Assembly (NCBI GenBank): GCA_963675665.1
Contig: OY776510.1
Coordinates: forward strand, 3,904,001-3,968,000
DNA: 64,000 bases
Direction of reading: 5' to 3'
From: Spirochaetia bacterium
Lineage (GTDB): Bacteria; Spirochaetota; Spirochaetia; UBA9216
A model generated the notes under the pieces. It did no database searches, was not told where the DNA came from, and saw only the letters and a list, made by a program, of their open reading frames with translations. Shown one piece after another: positions 1-9,195 of the stretch; position 1 is the first letter of the stretch, and every line of letters begins with the position of its first letter. A program made the position numbers and the translations under genes.

Positions 1-2
1 GG

Positions 3-878
3 ACCGGTTCGACATGGAAAGGCCCAATCGGATCATTTCTTCTGGCGGTCCCCGCAGATTGGGACGGTGAGACACCTGGTCTTGAAAAGCTTATCGGTAC
101 AGACGGATTCAATGTATTCGGGGCCCGCGACTATGAACCGGCCCGCATCGAAACCTTCAGGTTTTATTCCTGGGATATGGATTACATGAGTCTCTATATC
201 TTTCGTGAAGAAACTTTTCCCGCAATGAAAAAAATGTGGCAGACCGGTTCAAGAGAGGTCATGCAGGAAATCAGACCCGTACAGGAGTTTGTCCGGACTG
301 TTTCCGCGTCATCATTTATCCGTGATCGTATCAATGTATATTGCGCGGACGGCGTGGTAGATCGCGCCGGATTCGATCCTGTCGCCGCTTTTGACGGTCT
401 GGACGAAACCTCATGGTGCGAGGGGGCCCCGGACGACGGGATTGGCGAATACCTTGAGTGCGTATTGACTGAGCCTGTGTGGGCACTGACGATTAAAAAC
501 GGTTTTACCCGATTCGCGGCTGAAAACTGGATGTTCGAATACGGAGATTTCGATGAATATATAAAAGACGACAGTCTCGGCCTTAAGGATTACTACAGAA
601 TGAACAATCGCGTAAAAACCCTTGAGATATCATCTTCAGGCGGGGAACCCGTGTACACGCTCGAATTGGCCGACAGGCGGGATTCACAGACTTTCAGCGG
701 TATTTTTCTGGAACCGGGCACATGGCGTTTCACAATTCGTTCCGTATATCCGGGGTCGAAGTGGAAAGATACATGTCTTGCGGAATTACGCTTTGTCGAA
801 AAGCCCTCGGTAAAAACTTTCAAAACATACCTGGATGACACATTCTTTCGGAAACACCTTGCGGGTTTCAGATATTAA
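3..878 (+). CDS. 5'-truncated surface/secreted protein: DUF4424-like region plus C-terminal NADase-type glycan-binding (discoidin-like) domain
   Basis: The frame is open from nt 3 (TGSTWKGPIG, a DUF4424-like motif) through the tracked ORF 177-878. The C-terminus has AFDG..TSWCEG..DGIGE, NNRVK and SVYPGSKWKDTCLAE motifs. Confidence 0.6.
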   Translation, partial: TGSTWKGPIGSFLLAVPADWDGETPGLEKLIGTDGFNVFGARDYEPARIETFRFYSWDMDYMSLYIFREETFPAMKKMWQTGSREVMQEIRPVQEFVRTVSASSFIRDRINVYCADGVVDRAGFDPVAAFDGLDETSWCEGAPDDGIGEYLECVLTEPVWALTIKNGFTRFAAENWMFEYGDFDEYIKDDSLGLKDYYRMNNRVKTLEISSSGGEPVYTLELADRRDSQTFSGIFLEPGTWRFTIRSVYPGSKWKDTCLAELRFVEKPSVKTFKTYLDDTFFRKHLAGFRY

Positions 879-1011
879 AAGGACTCAGCATAAGGAAGCG
901 CCGCAGCTTGCGAGGATGCTCATCTTCAACATCAATTATGTAATGTTCTTTTGCCCCGTCATATGGAAAACCACATTCTGTAAAAGAAAAGGGACTCCTG
1001 GCGCGCCAGTA

Positions 1012-1133
1012 CTGCAGAGGCGGAAGCTGATGTTGTTGTCGCGATTCGACGGATTGTTGTTGTTCCGGTTGGCACAACGCAGGTTATTACCTGAATTGTT
1101 CCAGTTACCGCCACGGTTCAAACGGTTACTGCC
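1012..1133 (-). ncRNA. DGR template repeat (TR)
   Basis: AAC/AAT-rich 122-nt copy of the 3' end of the 1293-2498 gene, aligned without gaps. About 30 mismatches, 21 of them at TR adenines. The 3' 16 nt (GCTTCCGCCTCTGCAG) are identical, then the sequences diverge (IMH/IMH*-like). Confidence 0.9.
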
Positions 1134-1176
1134 GTTTATCGACACCTTCCCATAATCGCTAAATTTTTTAGAAAGC

Positions 1177-1245
1177 CAGGGGGTTTACCCCCTGAACCCC
1201 CTTACAATGCCGTTCTTGCGCTCCCTTCGGGGCGCAAAGAACGGC
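1177..1245 (-). promoter_or_regulatory. Two GC-rich hairpins downstream of the VR (DGR target-recognition cruciform-like)
   Basis: GCCGTTCTTTGCGCCCC-GAA-GGGAGCGCAAGAACGGC (1209-1245) and CAGGGGG-TAAA-CCCCCTG (1177-1194), between the VR stop codon and the TR. Confidence 0.6.
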
Positions 1246-1292
1246 CAGGACAAAATGTAAAAAGGTAAAAAATAAAAAGGTTACGCCGATTT

Positions 1293-2498
1293 TCAATCGG
1301 CTGTCCTGCAGAGGCGGAAGCCGACGTAGTTGCCGCGAAGCGACGGATTGAAGACTTCCCGGGAGGCACAACACAAATATTCACTTGAATCTTCCCAGTT
1401 ACAGCCACGGCCCACACGGTAACCGCCACTTTCTGGTCCCGACGGATCTGTTTCAGACCCGCCGCTGTAGGCAGCATGCCAATCATAACACCATTCATAC
1501 ACATTGCCGCTCATATCCCGCAATCCCAAAGCATTGGCGGTTTTCAAGCCTGCTTCTTTGGTGCCAAAAGTCGGATCTCCACTGCTTCCACTATTGTTGC
1601 CGGAGTACCAGGCATAGTCGCTTATTTTATCAGGGTCTGTTTCATCGGTGTACACAGGACCGCCGCTTACATGATCTCCGCCGTTCCAGTTTGTACCGTC
1701 AATGTACCTTGCTGCGTACTCCCATTCTGCTTCGGTGGGCAATCGGTAACCGTTCTTGCTCCAGTCCACATACACAGCAGCACTGCTTGCAGCATCGGCC
1801 TTGGTATAGTCTGTGGTCAATCCGGCATCGGAATAATAAACCTGTTCAGTATCGGTTATGCTGTCATCCGCCTGGGTCAGGAGATTGCAGAACGCCGCCG
1901 CGTCATACCAATTCACGTAGTAGGCTGGATACTCAGCTCCCGCACCATATCCACTTCCGTCCGGGTCCGTCCCCGGCCAGGTGGTCAACCATACATCTTC
2001 CCATAAGCCCTGGGTAACCTCGGTTTCACCCATCCAGAAGTTTTTGGTTAACGTAACTTCCTGAGTTGTGCTTTCCACATCCTCGCCCATGGTAAAAGTG
2101 CCTCCGGAAGGCACATAGTGCATGTTGAAGTTGGCTGCATTGGCGGTGTGTAATATGGCAGCCCCTGCAATATATGAAAAGGTTGCCGTAACTTCCACTG
2201 CCGATGCGGGCATGGTAAAGGTTGCCGTGCCGCCGTCGCTGCTTATCGTTGCCGGGCTGATGCTGACCCCTGATGCACTTAACGCAACCTGCCGGCCGCT
2301 GTTAAGCGATGCTGTCAGGGTTACAGTGGCCCCCTCTGCTGCCTCGGATACATCGGCATTTAAAGATTCTCCTGATTCCGCTCCACTGGGGCTTACTGTT
2401 ACCGCGTAGGTTGTGGGTGTAGGATCATTCGGTGTGGGACATCCTGCTAAAAGCAGGATTCCTGCAATTGCAATCGCTGCTAGAATAATTTTTTTCAT
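1293..2498 (-). CDS. DGR target lipoprotein: lipobox, InlB-B/Ig-like repeat, FGE-sulfatase/C-type-lectin-fold domain with C-terminal variable region
   Basis: MKKIIL..LLLAGC lipobox; GTFTMG, ETEVTQ, YRLPTEAEWEYAAR, NALGLRDMSGNVYEWC and GFRLCR motifs; the C-terminus matches the TR. Start placed at ATG 2498 after a GGAG RBS. Confidence 0.9.
   Translation of the reverse strand: MKKIILAAIAIAGILLLAGCPTPNDPTPTTYAVTVSPSGAESGESLNADVSEAAEGATVTLTASLNSGRQVALSASGVSISPATISSDGGTATFTMPASAVEVTATFSYIAGAAILHTANAANFNMHYVPSGGTFTMGEDVESTTQEVTLTKNFWMGETEVTQGLWEDVWLTTWPGTDPDGSGYGAGAEYPAYYVNWYDAAAFCNLLTQADDSITDTEQVYYSDAGLTTDYTKADAASSAAVYVDWSKNGYRLPTEAEWEYAARYIDGTNWNGGDHVSGGPVYTDETDPDKISDYAWYSGNNSGSSGDPTFGTKEAGLKTANALGLRDMSGNVYEWCYDWHAAYSGGSETDPSGPESGGYRVGRGCNWEDSSEYLCCASREVFNPSLRGNYVGFRLCRTAD
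1306..1427 (-). repeat. DGR variable region (VR)
   Basis: Ungapped homologue of TR 1012-1133 with AAY codons replaced (TAC, GGC, GAA, GAT, TCC, GTC, TTC, CTT and others). Confidence 0.88.
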
Positions 2499-2577
2499 CT
2501 CTTCCTCCAATTATTATTTCAATTGGCGGCCACGGATAGCCGCCTCTTTATGGACTGTTTTTAGGGCGTGGTATTTC

Positions 2578-2725
2578 CGCTAACGCGCCAGGAATATGCG
2601 AAGTTGAAGTGAAGCCAAAGGAGTGTTTTGCCAATGAGCAAAACCGACTGCCCCTGCTCTGCTTCTCAGCAAGCTTCAATTTGGGTGTAGGCCGTATGGC
2701 CGAGCCGCATATTTGCTTGTTAGAT
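2578..2725 (-). repeat. attC site 1 (family A)
   Basis: Minus strand ATCTAAC...GTTAGCG, inner stem AATATGCG/CGCATATT; clearly homologous to the copies at 6679/9138, 12384 and 14959. Confidence 0.85.
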
Positions 2726-2881
2726 GCCGTTTCTTTCATGGTTGATTTATAGTGTTTTTGTCAAATACATGGATGTATTTGACACCATAATTAGTTTCAA
2801 AACTTTTGTCCTTAGTCAGAACTTAATGCTCCCTTTATCTCAGATATAAGCTCACCAATCTTTGTCTTTTCCTCTTCTGAT

Positions 2882-4089
2882 TGTTTAGTGAGAGTATTTC
2901 CCTGACACTCACCCCGAAAAATATATAATTTCATTATGCGGCAGTGCCGCCATTGTCCTCGTCTTTTTCTACTTCCTCAAGGAATACCTGAAAGGGTATT
3001 CTACCCTTCATATTGCGTCCTTGATGTGCTCGTTCATTATTGTAGTACTCCAGAAACTTATCCAGATCTTCCTGCATCTCAGATAATGATTCGTAATATT
3101 TTTCACGACCTTTAATTCTAAAATGCTCATCAAGTAAAGTTCTGTGAAGCCGCTCAACAAATCCATTACTTTGCGGTCTGCAGACCTTTGTTGTCCTATG
3201 CTCTATATCTTCAAGCTGAAGGAATAATTCGAAAGGATGATGGTCCGGTCTTCCGCAGTACTCACGTCCATTGTCGGTAAGCACATTCTTAACCTTCACA
3301 TTATGTTCCTCGAAAAAAGGCAGAACATCATTATTTATTACCTGAACTGCAGTCACCGGCAGCTTATTTGTATACAGCCTTCCCCAGGCATGACGACTAT
3401 GACAATCAATCACTGTTTGTAAATATATTTTCCCTATTCCTTTCAGATGTCCGACCATAAAGGTATCTATCGAAACGAGATAACCAGTATGCTTTGTTTC
3501 GATGTGTCTCTCTCTGAACTCAGGATTAAATCTTTCAAGTAGTTTTATCTGGTCATCATTAAGCTTGAATTTTTTGTTCTTCAATTTTTCTTCCAAGCGT
3601 AAAAGTCGCTGGTGGCGGGTTTCCATTTTATGTCTAACCCATACTCCACGGACCCCGCCGGAGCTTACATTCACACCCTTCAAAGCAAGCTGCTGAGAAA
3701 CTCTCAGACAACCATGAGTTGGGAACTCCAAACTATAATCCAGAATCTCTTTTTCAATTTCAGGTGCTACTCGATTTGGATGTGGATTCCGTGGTCCTGG
3801 TAAGCTGTCGATTAATCCCTGAGATCCGTAGGTTTGATAATTACGTCTTATCTCATAAAATTGCTGCCGGGAATAACCCATAATTCGACATGCCTTACTT
3901 ACATTTCCTAAATCTTCTGCAAGCTCTAACATACTCATCTTTCGTCTCGCAGCTTTCTGTGCTACAGTCTTGTTGGTGGCCATTTGCTCCTCCTGATAAA
4001 TGTTTTTGTGGTGAAATCATTATATCTTTCGGAGGTGTTTTGGCCACCTATTTTTTAGCCAACTGTCAGGTTAATACGATCACTGTTCA
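2882..4089 (-). mobile_element. IS481-family insertion sequence
   Basis: Imperfect terminal IRs TGTTTAGTGAGAGTATTTCCCTGACACT / TGAACAGTGATCGTATTAACCTGACAGT; flanking direct repeat TTCTGAT (2875-2881, 4090-4096). Confidence 0.9.
2934..3983 (-). CDS. IS481-family DDE transposase
   Basis: HTH (GNVSKACRIMGYSRQQFY) plus integrase core (IDTF, LTDNGREY, PQSNGFVERLHRT, YNNERAH). Confidence 0.95.
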   Translation of the reverse strand: MATNKTVAQKAARRKMSMLELAEDLGNVSKACRIMGYSRQQFYEIRRNYQTYGSQGLIDSLPGPRNPHPNRVAPEIEKEILDYSLEFPTHGCLRVSQQLALKGVNVSSGGVRGVWVRHKMETRHQRLLRLEEKLKNKKFKLNDDQIKLLERFNPEFRERHIETKHTGYLVSIDTFMVGHLKGIGKIYLQTVIDCHSRHAWGRLYTNKLPVTAVQVINNDVLPFFEEHNVKVKNVLTDNGREYCGRPDHHPFELFLQLEDIEHRTTKVCRPQSNGFVERLHRTLLDEHFRIKGREKYYESLSEMQEDLDKFLEYYNNERAHQGRNMKGRIPFQVFLEEVEKDEDNGGTAA

Positions 4090-4251
4090 TTCTGATAAAG
4101 AATCATCTAGAATTACTCTAACAGAATCAATATCTGAATATAATTGATCAATAAACTTTATATAATCAAAATCATTTTGTTCTTGACCTTCTATAATGCT
4201 AACACTTAATTCATCTTCATCAGGTTTCCTATAAAATTTAATTTCCATTAT

Positions 4252-6570
4252 TTACCCCCTGAAACTTTTAAGATTATATTTTTTTACTCTTTTTTTTATA
4301 GATGGTTTGCCACCGTCTGTAATTTCTGCAATATAATCAACTACACTTTTTGAGTTTATTTTACCTTCTAGAGCTTCTGAACGAATTATTATTTTTTCTG
4401 CACTTTCACACAAAATAATATTCTGAGCATCTCCTAACATTGGAATTGTAGCATTATGAGATACAAGTATAATTTGTTTTTTACTTTTAATATTTTTTAT
4501 TGCTTTTATTAATCCAACATTAATGTAATTTGTTGCTAAATTATCTTCTGGTTGATCAATAATTAATGGTGCAGTGTCACCTAAATATCCCAATATGAGA
4601 TCCAAAATAACTGATGTTTTCCATCCTGCACTTAATTCTTCAAAATTTTTACCTGAAGCGGTAGTGATACGATATTTTATCTTATTAAGTTTATCAAATT
4701 CATGATATATCTTTGATTTGAAATCATCATATGATTGTATTTTAGGATTTTGTTTTCGAAATTTATCAATATATAAATTTTCTGGACTGATTTCTTTAAA
4801 AGAATTAATTCGATTATTTGCTTTCAAATATATATTTAAGACTTCTAAAAACTTATCTTTCGTAAGTTGAAAATCATTTTCAATGAATAATTCATGATCC
4901 ATAACTTTTTCTTTTTCAGTTTTACATTTTATAGAGTATTTGGATATTTTTTCTAATGTATTATAAAAAATATCTAGTTGCCTTTTGTATTCAGATACTT
5001 TATTTATTAATCTTTCAAAATCCAATTTTTTACTTTGGTGTTTTTGATTTTCTAAACTTAGATTTCTATCAAATTCTTCTTTATAATCATTTATCTTTCC
5101 TCGAATGATATTCTCACTTATAGATATATTATATGCTTTTAAAAGCTTCTCTTCTAACTCATTAAAAATTGATTCGTCAATTTCAATAAATGGATTTTCC
5201 TCAATAAAACTTTTTATAGAAGTAAGATTATTCAAATGCTTTTGGTAAGTTAATTCTGGATATTCAATCTTTCTGATTGTATTGGAACTTGGAAGTAAAA
5301 GGGAAAAAACATTATGTTTGATTTTTTCAGTTAATACCAACCTAGAAATTACTGGAATTTGTTTAAAATCATGCTGTATGCTTTCAATATTCTCAATAGA
5401 ATCTATTAATGAATCTAGATCCTGTTTTAATCCTATTAAAGCGTCTCTTACCTTAGCAATAATCTCAGTATTCCCTGGAAAAACTTTTTTTATTATTGGG
5501 ATATCATCAATATCTTTTTTGCTATTTTCATGTATTAATTGAATTATATAATTTTGATCAATATAATGAGGAACTAAGCCTGACGGGTTCCTAATCTCTA
5601 TATCATTAACAGAAAATTTTTCATAAATTATATTTATTTCACTATTATTAAGCTTTCTAAACACTGAATCAACAAATAATGTCTTTCCACTAGAAGAACC
5701 ACCAATAACAACATTTAAGCCAGGAGAAAGCATAACATCTATATCAATAAATTCATTATTTAGCTTCACTTCACTTATAAATTCAGACCAGTGTTGGGGA
5801 GGTTCTTTAGAATATACCATTCTTGAGGATTCTGACAAAGCTAATCTTAAACCACTAAATGTTGGTTGTGAATAAATCCACGTAGGAATAAATTCACTTG
5901 CATTTGGATCCTTAGCGCTAGGATAATTACTTGGATTATAATTATCTGTACAAGTAACTAAATTTATGAACTCTCTAATACCAAGCCTATCAAAATATTC
6001 CAATGTATCTTGTAAGCCCCTTTCATTTCTTGCAGTAAATCCATCGAATTGATTGTAATAGATATTTCTTTCTAATATTGAATCATATCTGACACCAGTT
6101 TCAGTTGATATAGACTTATGAAATTGTTTATGATTTTGACCACCATGTGGTAGTAGTATAAAATCATAATTATCAAAGTTTCTAATTATTGTTTCAATAT
6201 TTAATTTAAAATCATCATCACCATCAATTATCTTATTTGGATACAAATTATCCAATATTTCATTTATATCATCTATTTCTGCTTCTGTAATATTATCTAT
6301 ATTGAAAAATATATGGCAATGATATAGAGGCTTGTTATCATAATTAAAAATGTGCAATTCTACACCTAAAACAACGTTTTTTGTTTTTTCTAATAATTTC
6401 ATATATGCAAGCTTATTTATCGTATTATGATCTGTTAAAGATATTAGAAAATCCGAATTTGCTGACACTTCAGATATTTTTGATAAAAGTAAATCTACAT
6501 TATATTCTTCATTAAGCTGATTAGGATTCTCTGAAGTGTGAATATGTAAATCTGTATAAATAGGTTTCAC
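4252..6570 (-). CDS. PHP-domain + ABC/SMC-like ATPase fusion (Ppl/TrlF-like; candidate anti-phage)
   Basis: DLHIHT, LTDHN, GVE and TDNY PHP motifs; Walker A GGSSSGKT; LSAG signature; IIDQPEDNL; VSHN. GTG start. Confidence 0.8.
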   Translation of the reverse strand: MKPIYTDLHIHTSENPNQLNEEYNVDLLLSKISEVSANSDFLISLTDHNTINKLAYMKLLEKTKNVVLGVELHIFNYDNKPLYHCHIFFNIDNITEAEIDDINEILDNLYPNKIIDGDDDFKLNIETIIRNFDNYDFILLPHGGQNHKQFHKSISTETGVRYDSILERNIYYNQFDGFTARNERGLQDTLEYFDRLGIREFINLVTCTDNYNPSNYPSAKDPNASEFIPTWIYSQPTFSGLRLALSESSRMVYSKEPPQHWSEFISEVKLNNEFIDIDVMLSPGLNVVIGGSSSGKTLFVDSVFRKLNNSEINIIYEKFSVNDIEIRNPSGLVPHYIDQNYIIQLIHENSKKDIDDIPIIKKVFPGNTEIIAKVRDALIGLKQDLDSLIDSIENIESIQHDFKQIPVISRLVLTEKIKHNVFSLLLPSSNTIRKIEYPELTYQKHLNNLTSIKSFIEENPFIEIDESIFNELEEKLLKAYNISISENIIRGKINDYKEEFDRNLSLENQKHQSKKLDFERLINKVSEYKRQLDIFYNTLEKISKYSIKCKTEKEKVMDHELFIENDFQLTKDKFLEVLNIYLKANNRINSFKEISPENLYIDKFRKQNPKIQSYDDFKSKIYHEFDKLNKIKYRITTASGKNFEELSAGWKTSVILDLILGYLGDTAPLIIDQPEDNLATNYINVGLIKAIKNIKSKKQIILVSHNATIPMLGDAQNIILCESAEKIIIRSEALEGKINSKSVVDYIAEITDGGKPSIKKRVKKYNLKSFRG

Positions 6571-6752
6571 ATAAGACTCCTTTATACTATATTTTTAATA
6601 ATCTAATTCAAGCCTCTTTCTTGCACGCCATGGACGGCGGGCTCTTACTTAAACACTCCCAACCATTAAAGAAATTGCCTATAACGTTCCGGGCATATGC
6701 GAAGTTGAAGCGCAGCCAAAGGAGTGTTTTGCCGTAAGCGGTAATTCTTCCC

Positions 6753-8285
6753 CTATGACTTTATCTGTTCAGCGGTCAGGTTGAATGGTAGCAGTTTTTC
6801 ATAATCTGCGGGTTCTTCACAGTACGGTAACTTGCGAAAAACATAGTAGAAGTAATCATAGACCGATAGCTTCTGCAATTTAGCAGATTCAACAAGACTG
6901 TAGAGTACCGCCGAAGATTCGGCTCCATGTTCGGTGTCGGAAAACAACCAGTTCTTCCGTCCGATTACAAACGGCCGGATTGCATTTTCAGCAATGTTGT
7001 TCGACGGAGTAAGCAGCGGATCTTCCAGGTATAACTTTAACTGAACCCAGTTATCAAGCGTGTATGATATCGCCTTCCCGAAAGCCATTGTAGGCGGAGT
7101 CCCTGCTGCATGTTTAGTAAGCTGTTTGAATAAAGAATCAAGGATAGATCCGGCCTGGTTGGCTCGATGCTTCTGAAAGCCTTTTTTGGAATATTGCTCG
7201 CGCAGGGCTTCAAGCTCGAACAGGTCTTTAATCAATTCAAGTATATGTTTTACTTCCGGAGATTTAGACATCTCCCAGTATTTATAAAAATACCTTCTGG
7301 CATGCGCCCAACATAAAACATGACGAGGTCCATCATGTCCATCTTTTCGCAGCCTTTTCAAAGCAGTGTGATAGGCCTCATAATCATCAGTCTGCAACCA
7401 ACCGGTATAACCTTGCAGAAAATCATACGGTATTTCATGAGAACGGCCTGTTTCATACTGAAACACTACCGATTTTTTATCAGGTTTTCCGCCAAGAAAG
7501 ACCCACATCCAGGATTTATCCTGTGCTTTGCGACCTTTTTCTTTCAAAACCTGTACCCGGGTTTCATCGGCATTTATTATCGGCCCGTTTTTAATATTAT
7601 CTTTAAGCAACTCATAAATCGGTCTGCATTTATCAGCGCACTTTATTGCCAATGTGCTCAGTGTTGCCCTTGGAATATCTGCACCAATTGTATTCAGTCT
7701 CTTGCTCTGACGGTAGAACGGGAGAGCATATTCAAACTTCTCATTTATGATCCACGCGAGAAGGCTTTCATCGGCAATGCTCCCGGCGATCAGATGTTTA
7801 ATCCCTTCAGCAGTCTGCACCCCCGAAGTTTCATCGGTGGTTCCTTCACAATTTCTGCAAACATATTTTTTCTTTATCTCACGCCTGACTACTACTTTCG
7901 CAGGAACTATGCATAGCCGTTCGGAGACATCTTCACCAATACAAATCTTCTCAGTTCCGCAAGCGCATGTTTTATCTTCCTCATCAATATCGTATTCAAT
8001 AATTTCTCGGGGAAGATCTTCTGACAGAGCTTTTCTACCGACACCCTTACGAACAGTTTTCGTGTGAGCTTTTACTTCACGGGTCTCAGTTTCTATTTCT
8101 TCGTTCTGCTCAAATGCCGTATCCTCTGCCTCGTTGAAAAGTGACGCCTGTTTTTTATCTTCATTCGTGAGCTTCTCTGATTTTGTTCCGAAATGAAGAG
8201 ATTGCAAAAGCTGGACCTGCTCTTCTAATCGGGCAATTTTTATTTTTAATTTCTCATTCTCTTCAAGCAAAGCCTGGCTGTTCAT
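6753..8285 (-). CDS. tnpC: IS66 transposase TnpC
   Basis: FGTKSEK, zinc ribbon, ADET, CWAHARR, NNIAENAIRPFVIGRKNWLF. Confidence 0.95.
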   Translation of the reverse strand: MNSQALLEENEKLKIKIARLEEQVQLLQSLHFGTKSEKLTNEDKKQASLFNEAEDTAFEQNEEIETETREVKAHTKTVRKGVGRKALSEDLPREIIEYDIDEEDKTCACGTEKICIGEDVSERLCIVPAKVVVRREIKKKYVCRNCEGTTDETSGVQTAEGIKHLIAGSIADESLLAWIINEKFEYALPFYRQSKRLNTIGADIPRATLSTLAIKCADKCRPIYELLKDNIKNGPIINADETRVQVLKEKGRKAQDKSWMWVFLGGKPDKKSVVFQYETGRSHEIPYDFLQGYTGWLQTDDYEAYHTALKRLRKDGHDGPRHVLCWAHARRYFYKYWEMSKSPEVKHILELIKDLFELEALREQYSKKGFQKHRANQAGSILDSLFKQLTKHAAGTPPTMAFGKAISYTLDNWVQLKLYLEDPLLTPSNNIAENAIRPFVIGRKNWLFSDTEHGAESSAVLYSLVESAKLQKLSVYDYFYYVFRKLPYCEEPADYEKLLPFNLTAEQIKS

Positions 8286-8323
8286 AAATAAATTTTAACA
8301 TGATTAAATTCCGGTGTGAAGCA

Positions 8324-8668
8324 TTAAACGCGGGAATATGATAATTCTTTATGCGCGTTGAAGAAATCTATCCCGTCCAGCAGCATCTTAAGTTCCTCGA
8401 ATCTGATTTCTCTGGCCTCTTCTTCTGTTTCAGGCCAGGGAAACTTGTTCTTCTCCAACCGTTTCTGCCATAGGCAGAATCCGTTTCGATCCCAGTAGAC
8501 AATTTTCAAAAGTTTTTGTTGGCCGTTACAGAACAGAAACAAACTTTTCGAAAACGGGTCATTATGCATTACGTTCTGAATCTGAAGGCTCAATCCGTTT
8601 ACCCCTTTTCTTAAATCCGTTTTGCCGGGCCGTATAAAATATCGGTAATCTGTATAATCGAAAATCAT
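8324..8668 (-). CDS. tnpB: IS66 accessory protein TnpB
   Basis: TDLRKGVNGL, LKIVYWDRNGFCLWQKRLE. Confidence 0.93.
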   Translation of the reverse strand: MIFDYTDYRYFIRPGKTDLRKGVNGLSLQIQNVMHNDPFSKSLFLFCNGQQKLLKIVYWDRNGFCLWQKRLEKNKFPWPETEEEAREIRFEELKMLLDGIDFFNAHKELSYSRV

Positions 8669-9000
8669 TCAAGTTCTCCGATTATTCTCAGAACTGATTT
8701 CAGCTCGGCTTCATCAAACCCGGCAGTTATTGATATTAAAAACTTTTTGGACTTCAATACAATTGGTGCAGCTGCTACAGATTGAACGGGTTTTATTTCT
8801 ATTATCTCTGAGCTCTTTGACAGGTTCATACCGAACCGTTTTCTGTGCTTATAGAAAGTATTTGGATGAATTTCAATCTCTTTGCAAAACTCCGGAATTG
8901 ATTTTCCGCTCATCTGTTGTTGTTCAAATATTTCTTCCCAGTTTTTGATTATCTTCTTCATTTCATTCCTCCGTGATTCTTTTCCCGGAGGATAGTACAT
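8665..9000 (-). CDS. tnpA: IS66 accessory protein TnpA
   Basis: SGKSIPEFCKE...TFYKHRKR HTH; overlaps tnpB. The true start may be the internal MKKII. Confidence 0.85.
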   Translation of the reverse strand: MYYPPGKESRRNEMKKIIKNWEEIFEQQQMSGKSIPEFCKEIEIHPNTFYKHRKRFGMNLSKSSEIIEIKPVQSVAAAPIVLKSKKFLISITAGFDEAELKSVLRIIGELE

Positions 9001-9195
9001 TTTCAGATTTTCGCAAGAAGGAAAGAATTACCGCTTACGTTTTGCCAAAGAGCAAAACCGACTGTCTTGTTCAACTTCTTCGCAAGCTTCAATTTGGACG
9101 AAGGGCGAATGCCCGTAGTCGCATATGCCCTGTTATAAGCTGTGTTTCCGCTCTTCGACCAGGCCGCACGGCGGAGTCAAGGTCTGGTCTCTTCA

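Larger units (their letters stand above)
2812..4248 (-). pseudogene. Small acidic ~73-aa ORF interrupted by IS481
   Basis: Removing IS 2882-4089 and one TTCTGAT copy restores MEIKFYRKPDEDELSVSII...DDSLSE|EEKTKIGELISEIKGALSSD*. It starts 3 nt after the PHP-ATPase stop. Confidence 0.75.
6734..9038 (-). mobile_element. IS66-family insertion sequence
   Basis: Terminal IRs GTAAGCGGTAATTCTT; 8-bp TSD GTTTTGCC (6726-6733, 9039-9046); tnpA-tnpB-tnpC order. Confidence 0.95.
6679..9138 (-). repeat. attC site 2 (family A), split by IS66
   Basis: 6679-6733 and 9047-9138 rejoin into a full attC copy (stem GGGCATATGCG/CGCATATGCCC). Confidence 0.85.

Noticed and set aside
936-1145. Asn-rich 69-aa ORF as a protein
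   Set aside because: It is the translated DGR template repeat.
2548-2739. Small ORFs over the repeats (also 8973-9293, 12304-12633)
   Set aside because: They read through structured attC sites, whose conservation follows base pairing rather than codons.
2759-2784. TTGACA within trailer hairpins as cassette promoters
   Set aside because: No convincing -10 box at the right spacing in the copies checked.
8324-8668. TnpB as an RNA-guided nuclease
   Set aside because: This is the unrelated 114-aa IS66 accessory TnpB, with no RuvC domain.
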